A stretch of DNA of 64,000 nt from positions 30,752,001 to 30,816,000 of the forward strand of contig OZ024752.1 in assembly GCA_964016885.1 (NCBI GenBank). The letters are read 5' to 3'. The position numbers and the translations under genes are program-made. Positions 26,033-38,560 of this stretch are shown one piece after another (position 1 is the first letter of the stretch; every line of letters begins with the position of its first letter). The DNA comes from Eledone cirrhosa (Eukaryota). The notes under the pieces were generated by a model. That model was not told the DNA's origin and ran no database searches. It saw nothing but the letters and a program-made list of their open reading frames with translations.

Positions 26033-26536
26033 TTCTAACAATCTCAGATCAAGTCACTTGACAAACGAGTTCAACTCTGGAGGTTCTTCCACGATATAAC
26101 TGCTTCAGTTCCAACACAGTCTCAGATCAAGTCACTTGACAAACGAGTTCAACTCTGGAGGTTCTTCCACGATATAACTGCTTCAGTTCCAACACAGTCT
26201 CAGATCAAGTCACTTGACAAACGAGTTCAACTCTGGAGGTTCTTCCACGATATAACTGCTTCAGTTCCAACACAGTCTCAGATCAAGTCACTTGACAAAC
26301 GAGTTCAACTCTGGAGGTTCTTCCACGATATAACTGCTTCAGTTCCAACACAGTCTCAGATCAAGTCACTTGACAAACGAGTTCAACTCTGGAGGTTCTT
26401 CCACGATATAACTGCTTCAGTTCCAACACAGTCTCAGATCAAGTCACTTGACAAACGAGTTCAACTCTGGAGGTTCATCCACGATATAACTGCTTCAGTT
26501 CCAACACAGTCTCAGATCAAGTCACTTGACAAACGA
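26033..26536. repeat. 78-bp tandem repeat, ~6.4 near-identical copies
   Basis: tctcagatcaagtcac starts at 26042, 26120, 26198, 26276, 26354, 26432, 26510. Confidence 0.97.
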
Positions 26537-26890
26537 TTTCCTACTCCGGAAAAATACAATTATGTATTTTATAGAAAACTGTATGTCTATTGTGTTTTGA
26601 TTTTAAATATAGAATGTAAAATGGATTTAAAAATATTTAGTAAATATCCTGGTGTCTTTTTTATATGCTGGCTCCCTCTCTCCCAGCATATGATGGACAT
26701 TGGTGGACATTCAGCTGGAGTTTTGTGGGGTTTGGGATCAGTGATGACTTAAGACACTATTGATGTACAGATGTGTTACGTATGCAGCGTGTGAACACTT
26801 GAAATGTTGACCCTTAGGACATTATCGATGTAGTAAGAGGTGTGTTGCATGTGCAGCGTCAGCACTTTAAAGTATTTAGTTTGCTGTAGC

Positions 26891-27077
26891 CAGGGCTTGA
26901 TTTTCACCTGCTAAGGCCCTAACCTAAATGAAATTTGAAGCCCTTCTCTAAAAATATATAATTATTATTTTTTATATGAATGTTAATGATAAAGAATAAG
27001 CCCAACTACACTGAGGTCCCTGAGAATGTGTGACCCCAAATTATAGCTTATTTAGGTTATAGCTAAGTCCAGTATTG
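26891..27077. mobile_element. hAT-like MITE
   Basis: Ends cagggcttgattt / aagtccagtattg; flanks gctgtagc / tatgtagc. Confidence 0.6.
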
Positions 27078-27089
27078 TATGTAGCTGTA

Positions 27090-28180
27090 GGATAGGGAGT
27101 TTCTATCTAAAGGGTTGCAGAGATTATCTTTTGGAAGAAAGGAGATATGATGTGGAAAATATGGGGGTTAGAAGAAATTGTAAGTTCTGGTGATGTTAAT
27201 TTCAATGGGAAAATGGACGATGGAGGCTGGGAACCTGTCTGCATGTGTAAAGGGAGTGGGTATGTTAGCAGTGGTAAGGTTGATAATTTGGGACCTGTTG
27301 AGCGCAGGCTCCACTACTGGACGATGGCATTCTTAATTAGATTTGAAGTTCGAAGACCGAATCGATGCTGCAGAGTAATCGAAGTCTGAGGATTTGAGAG
27401 AATGATATGAAAGATATATCGTCTAATGTAAAGGGGTGGGGTTAATGGAGATAAGAGGGGGGACCAGTGGGAACGGCGGGGGCATGTAGTGGACGATGTT
27501 AGCGTAATTAAAGTATATTTTAGGGTCCATTAGGGACTCAGAGGTAATGGTGATAGGACTGGTAACTAGCGGGGCTTGTTGTGGACGATGTTAACTTGAT
27601 TCGAGTACATCTTAGAGCAGGCATGTCAAACTGAGGGTCTCCCGAGGGCCACATAGGTCACATATGTGTTGTCTGAGGGCCACATAGGTCACATATGTGT
27701 TGTCTGAGGGCCACACAAGACAACTAATTTGCGCACATTAAAACTATTTTTTTAAATTTTATATTACGAAAATAAAACATGCTCGCGCAGTAGAAACCTT
27801 TGTGCGGGCTGCAAGTGTAGTTGTAATATTTGACATGCCTATCTTAGAGCCCACAGGGCCCCAGAAAACGCAATTGAAAGGGAGGCGAAACTGAAAATGA
27901 GGCAAAACTGAGAATGATATGACTTAGGCTAGACAGTGTAGGGTGGGTGAGTGGGTGTTGGTGGTGGTGATTACAGGTAAGGGTGGGTCGGTCGTCTTGG
28001 AAGTGCTGAACAGCTGATAAACTGTCGTCGTTGGGGGATAAACACGTGTAGAGTTATTTGGGAATGTCCAGGGTAAATAAAGGACGAAGTGAAGAGATTT
28101 ACGATATGATTAGTGTCGTTAATACCGTGTTAATAAGACGTAGACATGAGGTGAGAGCAGTTTATCACACACACACGTGT
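27090..28180 (-). pseudogene. Decayed Penelope-like RT remnant
   Basis: Minus-strand fragments RPLFTLDI..LYT, AVQHF.DDRP, PVGSKM and FSQILRLRLLCS match PLE RT motifs (FTLDVxSLYT, AMGSKM, SQFLRLRRICS). Confidence 0.7.
27618..27841. mobile_element. hAT MITE nested in the PLE RT remnant
   Basis: TIRs caggcatgtcaaa / tttgacatgccta; perfect 8-bp TSD tcttagag. Confidence 0.9.
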
Positions 28181-28781
28181 GAGTGTGGTATGTGTGTGTT
28201 ATGTTTATATATAATAAGCATGTATAGTCTTGCAAGGAGATTTAAACTGTGATCATATATATATATATAAACATAAATATATATAAACATATATATACAA
28301 GGAGGTTGAAGGTTGGGAAGTGTGGATATATATATATATACACACACACACGCGTGTATATAGTGACAATCTACGTAGACTGAAAGTCTAGCAATTTTTT
28401 GTTCTATTACACGCACATTTACACTAATAGGCTGTGTGATGTGTAAGTCTAACAAATTCTCTTTTACATATGCACATATAGCTCATATACACATATATAC
28501 ACACATAACATATTCACACAGACAAATACACACACATAAATACATGCACTCACACAACGGTTTTGATGATATTAACTGGTAGTAAACAAAATTCAACCTA
28601 CCCCCATATTTCTCCCTTCCCCCGCCACATCCATCCCATCCCCCTCCTCGTCTCCACCCCAACCCACCCTCACCCTACCCCACCCTCCTTCATTTTCTGT
28701 AGACTTAAACGTAGAACGTACAAACCCAAAGACAAATAACAAAACAGTAGCAATATATATTATATATATATGTGTGTGTGT

Positions 28782-28845
<64 letters not shown>

Positions 28846-28897
28846 ACATTTATTTATTTATTTATTATATTTATTTATTTATTATCTTTATTATATT

Positions 28898-28967
<70 letters not shown>

Positions 28968-29439
28968 TTATGTGTGTGTGTGTGTGTGTGTGTTTATATG
29001 TGTGTGTGTGTGTGTGTGTTTATATGTGTGTGTGTGTTTATATGTGTGTTTATATATATGTGTGTGTTTATATATAAATGTTTATATATATATATATATG
29101 TGTTTATATGTGTGTGTGTTTATATATAAATGTTTATATATATATATATGTGTGTGTGTTTATATATATAAATGTTTATATATATATATATGTGTGTGTT
29201 TATATATATAAATGTTTATATATATATATATGAACATTTTTAGTTCAACAAAGCTTCATAATCCTTCAGTCATCTATGATATTATTTTAGAAATATATTT
29301 TTATATATATCTTCCATATTGTTTTACCTTTTTTTAAAATATCATAATCTTTTATTTTCTAAGTAGAAAAGGAATAATTTTTTTGTTGATACACCAATAA
29401 ATTGGTGAAGCATACTGGAAAAAATATATTTTATATATG

Positions 29440-29517
29440 CAGGGTGTCCCCAAAAATGTATGCACATCTTTATTAGAATAGTGTTGAAGTGTCTATACAT
29501 TTCTTGGGTACACCCTG
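29440..29517. mobile_element. Tc1/mariner-like mini-MITE
   Basis: Same TIRs as 14077-14154. Confidence 0.8.
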
Positions 29518-29572
<55 letters not shown>

Positions 29573-29623
29573 ATATGTATATGTGTGTGTGTGTATGTAT
29601 ATATATATATGTATATATATATG

Positions 29624-29675
<52 letters not shown>

Positions 29676-29732
29676 TATACATATATATACATATATATAG
29701 AGTTTCTGCCGAAATTACCTCTTGTTGTTTTG

Positions 29733-29777
29733 ATTGCCCTGATGAGTCCTTAATAGGACGAAACATTGTCGGCTAAT
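29733..29777 (+). ncRNA. Canonical minimal type I hammerhead ribozyme
   Basis: AUUGCC CUGAUGA GUCCU UAAU AGGAC GAAA CAUUG UC GGCUAAU; predicted cleavage after C29770. Confidence 0.9.
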
Positions 29778-29934
29778 AAAAACTTTTGATGTATTAAAGG
29801 ATTCTTTGTTTTACTCTCTTAATATGTATATATATATATATGTATATATGTGTACATATGTATATATGTATATATGTGTACATATGTATATGTATATATG
29901 TATATGTATATATGTGTACATATGTATATGTATA

Positions 29935-29970
<36 letters not shown>

Positions 29971-29971
29971 A

Positions 29972-30236
29972 ATGAAGTATTTCCGTAGGAAAGGTAAAGG
30001 AAAGGAGAGTGCTCTATGTAGGCTACAGAGCTTTTTAGTTATGTAATAAACAACATAAGATAATTATTTCATTTACCAATGGTTTCTTGAAGACAGATAC
30101 TTATGTCTGTCTTCATCAGAAAAAATGTTTATTATCTAATAAAAAAATTTTCTGAAGAAGATAGACATAAGTTTCTGTCTTCAAGAAACCATTGGTAAAT
30201 GAATTAATTATCTTATGATTGTTTATTACATAACTA
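29972..30236 (-). mobile_element. Fold-back PLE-terminus element family H3 with defective hammerheads
   Basis: Arms span 30036-30236; tail 29972-30035 contains gagtgctc; homolog of 32552-33092. Confidence 0.8.
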
Positions 30237-30495
30237 TATATATATATATATATGTATATATGTGTACATATGTATATGCATATATATATGTATATATATA
30301 TGTGTACATATGTATATATGTATGTACATGTGTACATATGTATATGCATATATATATGTGTACATATGTATATATGTATATGTATGTATGTATATGTGTA
30401 TCTGTATGTATATGTGTATCTGTATGTATATGTATATATATGTGTCTGTGTATATACATGTGTCTATGTATATATATGTATACGTATATATATAC

Positions 30496-30538
<43 letters not shown>

Positions 30539-31102
30539 CCGTGTTTGTCTTTTAAGTTGTCACTCGATTTGCGCTAGAAATAGAAGTCAAATCTCTCTGA
30601 AACTCCACATGGTCACATTAGATAATCTGACTGTCTGACCTCTAGGTTCATTGCATGTACGGAAAAAAAAAAAACTGGATGGTCATAGGTGGAATGGAAT
30701 GGCCTTGGTTATATAAGTTAACTCAATCTTGGTTGATTCTGGAGCTGTAGTAAACATCAACATCAACACCAACAACAACGATCAGTAAGGGAACTTCTTA
30801 CAACGTCGCTCGACCTGCTAGAAATAGCAGCCACATCACCTTCAATTTAACATCCTATCGGATTTTTTTAGTAGTCAGCGCAAAATCATGATGCGTAGTT
30901 TGTTTATTCTGGCGCGCACACACACACTTACATACACACACAAACACACACTTACATACACACACAAACACACACTTACATACACACACAAACACACACG
31001 CACACAAACACACACAGACACATACACACGCACACACACATACACACACATACACACGCACACACACATACACAAACACATACAAAGTCATACACATAAA
31101 CG

Positions 31103-31133
<31 letters not shown>

Positions 31134-31434
31134 ACACACACACACACACACATGCAACACTCACACGCAACACACCCAAAGGCATACACACACAGACACA
31201 CGCAACACACACATACATACACGCGCACGCCCAGTTATACATACAAGTGCAACACACACACACACACACACTCAGACAAACAAAGTCATAGACACACACA
31301 CACGCAAAGTGATACCCCCTCATACAAACAAAGTTATGTGCTCACCAAATACTTGCGCAAATGTAAACTTGAAATTACAATACTGCCTTATACACAAGTC
31401 ATTAATTACTTTGAGTAACGCCGAATATGAAGGA

Positions 31435-31610
31435 GATGTGTGGCCTAGTGGTTAGGGTGTTGGACTTATGATCATAATATCGTGGTGGGTTCGATCCCTG
31501 GGTTGTGTGTTGTGTTTTTTAGCGAAACACTTCATTTCACGTTGCTCCAGTATACTCAGAAAATAACTTTAACCCTGCAATGACTGGTGTCCTATCCACG
31601 AAGGATTCTT
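31435..31610 (+). mobile_element. tRNA-derived SINE B
   Basis: gtggcctagtggttagggtg head and ggttcgatccc B-box. Confidence 0.75.
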
Positions 31611-31639
31611 GTACTCTCAGTTGCTTAATGCCACAAAAA

Positions 31640-31910
31640 CAAAAGGTTTCTCTCTATGAATGAAAGGCTGACTGTATGATGCCTGTGGGCAGTGAATGCA
31701 TGGGGGTGTGGGGGGTGGGTGATGGCTGGAGAGAATTGAAATGAGCTTAATCTGATGGATGTTCAATGTTAACGTGTGTGAACGACTCTGAGAAAAGCTG
31801 GGTATGAATGTAAGAAGCAAGATAGGATGTTCTAACCCATATGCTCTTCGACAGTAACGCCTAGTTGAAGCCAGACCAGCGTGGAAATGGCATCTAAAAT
31901 GATGATTGTT
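31640..31910 (+). mobile_element. Degenerate RTE fragment
   Basis: MKG*LYDAC and *WMFNVNVCER motifs plus 3' tail. Confidence 0.6.
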
Positions 31911-31935
31911 GTTGCCCCGTAACTTTTTATTTTCA

Positions 31936-32112
31936 TTGGCAGTATCGGTAGAGGGTCGGACGCCATGCTTTGATGCATAGAGTTACGGCCCTTTCCAATC
32001 TGAGTTCAAATTACGCCGAGGTTAACTTTGCCTTTCATCTTTACGGGGTCGATAAAATAAAGTACCAGTAATTCCCTGGCTAATTGCTGGCCTTGTGCCA
32101 AAAAGTAGAAAC

Positions 32113-32116
<4 letters not shown>
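31936..32116 (+). mobile_element. SINE A (others at 21950, 33630, 53045, 55525)
   Basis: SINE A consensus. Confidence 0.88.
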
Positions 32117-32154
<38 letters not shown>

Positions 32155-32189
32155 GTTTCTACTTTTATATATATATATATATATAGAGA

Positions 32190-32538
32190 GGCACATGCCT
32201 TAGTGGTTAGAGCATTGGGCTTGCAATCGAAAGGTTGTGAGTTCAATTCTCAGACCGGGTGATGTGTTGTTTCCTTGAACAAGACACTTTATTTCACATT
32301 GCTCCAGTTTACTCAGCTGTAGAAATGAGATGATAGGGACTGGGGTCCCTATCATTCCACTGCAAAGTGGTCGTGGAGGTGCCACGGCAAAAAAGCACCC
32401 AGCACTCACTGTAAATGAGGTTGGTGTTAGGAAGGGCATCCAGCTGTAGAAATCAAGCCAGAATCAGTTCCCGTCCCACCCTTGCAAGCAGGGAAAAGCG
32501 GACGTAAAATGAAATGATGATGAATGATGAAATGATGA
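32190..32538 (+). mobile_element. Full composite SINE (tRNA head + B body + hairpin + RTE-type tail)
   Basis: tagtggttagagc / gagttcaattc head, ccttgaacaagacactt body, aggaagggcatccagc and (TGA)n tail. Confidence 0.85.
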
Positions 32539-32644
32539 TATATATATATATGAAGTAATTCCGTCAGAAAGGTCCAGGAAAAAAGAGTGCTCTATGTAGG
32601 TTACAGAGCTTAATAGTTATGTAATAAACAACATAAGATAATTA

Positions 32645-32705
32645 TTTCATTTACCAGTGGTTTCTTGAAGGCAAACAAAATTTGCTTTCAATCATCAGAA
32701 TGAAA
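32645..32705 (-). ncRNA. Type I hammerhead ribozyme, intact core
   Basis: Minus: UUUCAUU CUGAUGA UUGAAAGCAAA UUUUG UUUGCCUUCAA GAAA CC ACU GG UA AAUGAAA. Perfect 7-bp stem I. Confidence 0.88.
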
Positions 32706-32999
32706 AAATCCTGATGTATTTATTGACAGTATTTACTGTCAATAATGAAATAATTGTTTCTACTTTGAAATAATTGTTTCTACAGTGCATTACTGGTACT
32801 TTATTTTATCGACCCCGTAAGGATGAAAGGCAAAGTAAACGTCGGCGAGATTTGAACTCAGACCGTAAAGGAACGTAACTATGCTGGAAAGCATGGCGTC
32901 CGAGCCTCTACCGATACTGCCAATCCACCACAATAATGAAATAATGAAATAATCCTGGTGTATTGACAGTATTTACTGTCAATAAATACACCAGGATTT

Positions 33000-33060
33000 T
33001 TTCATTCTAATGATTGAAAGCAAATTTTGTTTGCTTTCAAGAAACCACTGGTAAATGAAA
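33000..33060 (+). ncRNA. Inverted hammerhead copy with mutated core (CUAAUGA)
   Basis: Mirror of 32645-32705 with G5->A and a perfect 11-bp stem II. Confidence 0.75.
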
Positions 33061-34014
33061 TAATTATCTTATGTTGTTTATTACATAACTATATATATAT
33101 ATATATATTGAAAGAGTGAAGAATAACATGGTCAACAGTACAAAAAAGGGTTTCATTTACAGTCTAACAATTGTTTCACTGAAAACTATCCACAATATGA
33201 AGTATTCACAACCTCTAACTGGATTACCTATAACAATATTTTGTTATCCCATATATATATATATATCATTGTTAAACATCTATTTCCCATGCCTGATACA
33301 GGCAGGCATGGGAAATAGATGTTCCTTACCCTAAACAAGGGTTTATCTAAGTTCAATGTGGGGCATGTCCATGATTTCCATGTTGGTTTTCCACTTTTGT
33401 TTGTTGACATGGGTGAGGTGAAGTGGAAGCAGGGTCTGTTTTTCCATGCAAGAAGGAGTTGTTGGATGTACAAAATGTGTTGGGGGGGGGGGGAGCAATG
33501 GAGGAAGTGAGTGGGGGTACTTAGTAATGAGGTGGGGAGGGAGTATGGAGGGGCTTTTCTGATGGTTTCTTATGAAACAGTTCTAGTCCTGTAGATGTAA
33601 TTTCTATAATATTATGTTATAAGTATACAGTGGATTGGCAGTATCGGTAGAGGGTCGGACGCCATGCTTTCCAGCATAGTTACGTCCCTTTACGATCTGA
33701 GTTCAAATCCCGCCGAGGTTGACTTTGCCTTTCATCCTTACGGGGTCGATAAAATAAAGTACCAGTAATGCACTGGGTAATTGCTGGCCTTGTGCCTAAC
33801 GTAGAAACAATTATGTTATAAGTATAAATTGGTTATTACTCTTAATTTATTAAATTTTGAGCTCTGCAGTTTGTGCCATAACTGTCTATAAAGTAATCTA
33901 CAGACATTGAAAATCATTCAGCCTTTTCAGTTACTGTTGGATCAAGGATACTGATTAGCATTGAACTTCTATTTTGGTAAACTCCAATATATCCTAACAC
34001 ACACACATATATAT

Positions 34015-34155
34015 CATCATCATCGTTTAACGTCCATCTTCCACGCTAGCATAGGTTAGACAGGTTTGTCCCACTTGAGACCAGAGTGGTCGGGGGACCA
34101 TGTCCGCTTGTATAGAACTGTATCTAGCTGGATGCTCTTTCTAACACCAACCACA
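34015..34155 (-). mobile_element. RTE-type 3' end leading into the minisatellite
   Basis: (CAT)n, gtttaacgtcc..., ctggatgctctttctaacaccaacc. Confidence 0.8.
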
Positions 34156-36471
34156 ATTACAGTGTGGACTGGGAGCCTTTTAATGTGTCTTCTACACCTA
34201 CACGACCACTTTACAGTGTGGACTGGGAGCCTTTTAATGTGTCTTCTACACCTACACGACCACTTTACAGTGTGGACTGGGAGCCTTTTTACTGTGTCTC
34301 CTACACGACCACTTTACAGTGTGAACTGGGAGCCTTTTAATGTGTCTCCTACACGACCACTTTACAGTGTGGACTGGGAGCCTTTTTACTGTGTCTCCTA
34401 CACGACCACTTTACAGTGTGAACTGGGAGCCTTTTAATGTGACTCCTACACGACCACTTTACAGTGTGGACTGGGAGCCTTTTTACTGTGTCTCCTACAT
34501 GACCACTTTACAGTGTGGACTGGGAGCCTTTTTACTGTGTCTCCTACATGACCACTTTACAGTGTGGACTGGGAGCCTTTTTACTGTGTCTCCTACACGA
34601 CCACTTTACAGTGTGGACTGGGAGCCTTTTTACTGTGTCTCCTACATGACCACTTTACAGTGTGGACTGGGAGCCTTTTTACTGTGTCTCCTACATGACC
34701 ACTTTACAGTGTGGACTGGGAGCCTTTTTACTGTGTCTCCTACACGACCACTTTACAGTGTGGACTGGGAGCCTTTTTACTGTGTCTCCTACATGACCAC
34801 TTTACAGTGTGGACTGGGAGCCTTTTTACTGTGTCTCCTACATGACCACTTTACAGTGTGGACTGGGAGCCTTTTTACTGTGTCTCCTACATGACCACTT
34901 TACAGTGTGGACTGGGAGCCTTTTTACTGTGTCTCCTACACGACCACTTTACAGTGTGGACTGGGAGCCTTTTTACTGTGTCTCCTACATGACCACTTTA
35001 CAGTGTGGACTGGGAGCCTTTTTACTGTGTCTCCTACATGACCACTTTACAGTGTGGACTGGGAGCCTTTTTACTGTGTCTCCTACATGACCACTTTACA
35101 GTGTGGACTGGGAGCCTTTTTACTGTGTCTCCTACACGACCACTTTACAGTGTGAACTGGGAGCCTTTTAATGTGTCTCCTACACGACCACTTTACAGTG
35201 TGGACTGGGAGCCTTTTTACTGTGTCTCCTACACGACCACTTTACAGTGTGAACTGGGAGCCTTTTAATGTGACTCCTACACGACCACTTTACAGTGTGG
35301 ACTGGGAGCCTTTTTACTGTGTCTCCTACATGACCACTTTACAGTGTGGACTGGGAGCCTTTTTACTGTGTCTCCTACATGACCACTTTACAGTGTGGAC
35401 TGGGAGCCTTTTTACTGTGTCTCCTACACGACCACTTTACAGTGTGGACTGGGAGCCTTTTTACTGTGTCTCCTACATGACCACTTTACAGTGTGGACTG
35501 GGAGCCTTTTTACTGTGTCTCCTACATGACCACTTTACAGTGTGGACTGGGAGCCTTTTTACTGTGTCTCCTACACGACCACTTTACAGTGTGGACTGGG
35601 AGCCTTTTTACTGTGTCTCCTACATGACCACTTTACAGTGTGGACTGGGAGCCTTTTTACTGTGTCTCCTACATGACCACTTTACAGTGTGGACTGGGAG
35701 CCTTTTTACTGTGTCTCCTACATGACCACTTTACAGTGTGGACTGGGAGCCTTTTTACTGTGTCTCCTACACGACCACTTTACAGTGTGGACTGGGAGCC
35801 TTTTTACTGTGTCTCCTACATGACCACTTTACAGTGTGGACTGGGAGCCTTTTTACTGTGTCTCCTACACGACCACTTTACAGTGTGGACTGGGAGCCTT
35901 TTTACTGTGTCTCCTACATGACCACTTTACAGTGTGGACTGGGAGCCTTTTAATGTGACTCCTACATGACCACTTTACAGTGTGGACTGGGAGCCTTTTA
36001 ATGTGACTCCTTCATGACCACTTTACAGTGTGGACTGGGAGCCTTTTAATGTGACTCCTACACGACCACTTCACAGTGTGGACTGGGAGCCTTTTAATGT
36101 GACTCCTTCATGACCACTTTACAGTGTGGACTGGGAGCCTTTTTACTGTGTCTCCTACACGACCACTTTACAGTGTGGACTGGGAGCCTTTTAATGTGTC
36201 TCCTACATGACCACTTCACAGTGTGGACTGGGAGCCTTTTAATGTGACTCCTTCATGACCACTTTACAGTGTGGTCTGGGAGCCTTTTTACTGTGTCTCC
36301 TACACGACCACTTTACAGTGTGGACTGGGTGTTTTTTGTCGTGACACCTACAGGACCACTTTACAGTGTGGTCTGGGAGCCTTTTTACTGTGTCTCCTAC
36401 ACGACCACTTTACAGTGTGGACTGGGTGTTTTTTGTCGTGCCACCCACACGACCACTTTACAGTGTGGACT
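34156..36471. repeat. 48/49-bp minisatellite, ~47 copies, with an 831-bp higher-order duplication
   Basis: Unit tttacagtgtggactgggagcctttttactgtgtctcctacaYgaccac; identical ORFs at 34340/35171 and 34809/35640. Confidence 0.97.
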
Positions 36472-36947
36472 ATATATATTATATACTTTAGAAAGCGGTG
36501 TAAAGGAATGCAAGTAGCATGTATTGTTTGTTTGTGTGTGTGTATGTGAGTCTGTATGTGTTGTGACTATTATGGGGATTAGTATTAGCGAGAATTGCTA
36601 ATTTTGGGAAAGTATTTTCGGTTTAAGTGTGAAGTAGTAGTGTAGCTGTTATATTGAAACCCGTGGTATTAGCAACTTGATATTTATCATATTTGAAGTA
36701 TGTTTGAGAGAAAGAGAGAGAAAAACACACTCGTGAAACAAAAAACATCTATTCATTGTTTTATATATATATGTATATATAACGTCCCACCCTTGCAAGC
36801 AGGGAAAAGCAGACGTAAAATGATGATGATGATATATATTGAAGAATGAGTTAGATGTAAACAGCAACAAGGAGAAGATAACAACACATCGAAAGTATAT
36901 GTGTATATATATATGTTTATATAAATATATATATATAGAGTTATATA

Positions 36948-37007
<60 letters not shown>

Positions 37008-37347
37008 CTTGCAAGCAGAGAAAAGCGGATGTAAAATGGTGATGATGATGATGATGATATATATATGATATATATATATATATTTATATAATTTCGATGT
37101 TGTGTTGCATCATCTTGTTGTTGTTGTTGTTTACATCTATCTCATTCTTCAACCCCTTTAAGAGAATAAACAGAAGCTGACACACGCACAATCATACATA
37201 CATATACACACAATCATACATACATATACACACAATCATACATACATATACACACAATCATACATATATACATACAAACACAATCAAATGCAGACACACA
37301 ATCATACTCTTACAGAATCACACAGACACAATCACATGCACGCACAC

Positions 37348-37433
<86 letters not shown>

Positions 37434-37869
37434 ACACACACACACACAATCACACACACACAAGCACATGAACACACACACACACACGCACACACACACA
37501 CAATAACACACACAATAACACACACAATCACACACACACAATCACACATACATACAATCACACACACACACACACACACAATCACACACACACACACACA
37601 ATCATACACACACACACAATCTTACATACACACAAGCATGCATACATATTTACAGAAATTTCTTGCAAAGACTACTTAAGCAGCAGAGATTCTAGATAAC
37701 TGAAGAATAAGAATACAGGTGGGCGTCAGCAGCATCAGTAGCATCAGCAGCATCAGCAGTAGCAGCAGCAGCAGCAGCAGCAGCAGCAATAGCAGCAGCA
37801 GCCACAGCCATAAGAAGCCACAAGCCACAAACCAAATAAGAAAGTTTTTCTTCTTATGATTTTGTATCC

Positions 37870-38560
37870 AAGGGCAGTGAATTGGCGGAATCGGGAGAGC
37901 ATCGTATACCCTGCTTCACGGCATAGAGTTAGGGCCCTTTACATTCTGAGTTCAAATCCTGCCAAGGTTAGCTTTCCCTTTCATCCTTACAGGGTCGATA
38001 AAATAAAGTACCAGTCATACACAGGGGTCAATTTAATCGACTTTCCCCTCTCTCCCAAATTGTTGGCTTTGTGCCTACATCAGAAACTATTATATTCTTA
38101 TAGCTAGGGCAGATTCAATGGAGCATAGGATGACCTGCTTCGCGGCATAGAGTTACGGCCCTTTACATTTTGAGTTCAAATACTGCCGAGGTTAGCTTTG
38201 CCTTTCATCTTTACAAGGTTGATAAAATAAAGTACCAAAAAGTACCAGTCATGCACAAGGGTCAATCCAATCAACTTTTCCTTCCTCCAACATTTCTGGC
38301 CTTGTGCCTATATCAGAAACCATTATATTCTTGTAGCTAGGGCGGTGAATTGGCAGATTCGATGGAGCATTGGATACCTGCTTCACAGCATAGAGTTATG
38401 GCCCTTTACATTCTGAATTCAAATCCTGCTGAGTTTAGCTTTGGCTTTCATCCTTACGAGGTCAATAAATTAAAATGTCAGTCATGCATTGGTCAATTTA
38501 ATCGACTGTCCCCTCTCCTAAATTGCTGGCCTTGTGCCTATATCGGAAACCAATATTTTC
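37870..38560 (+). mobile_element. Three tandem older SINE A copies
   Basis: SINE A consensus, diverged. Confidence 0.85.

Larger units (their letters stand above)
32552..33092 (-). mobile_element. Fold-back H3 element with SINE A inserted near the axis
   Basis: Arms 32613-32744 and ~32960-33092; tail 32552-32612; SINE at 32750-32930. Confidence 0.85.

Noticed and set aside
34066-36549. ORFs and CRISPR-like periodicity in the 49-bp array (also 26033-26536 and 43797-45987)
   Set aside because: Head-to-tail repeats with no unique spacers, no cas genes and a eukaryotic context.
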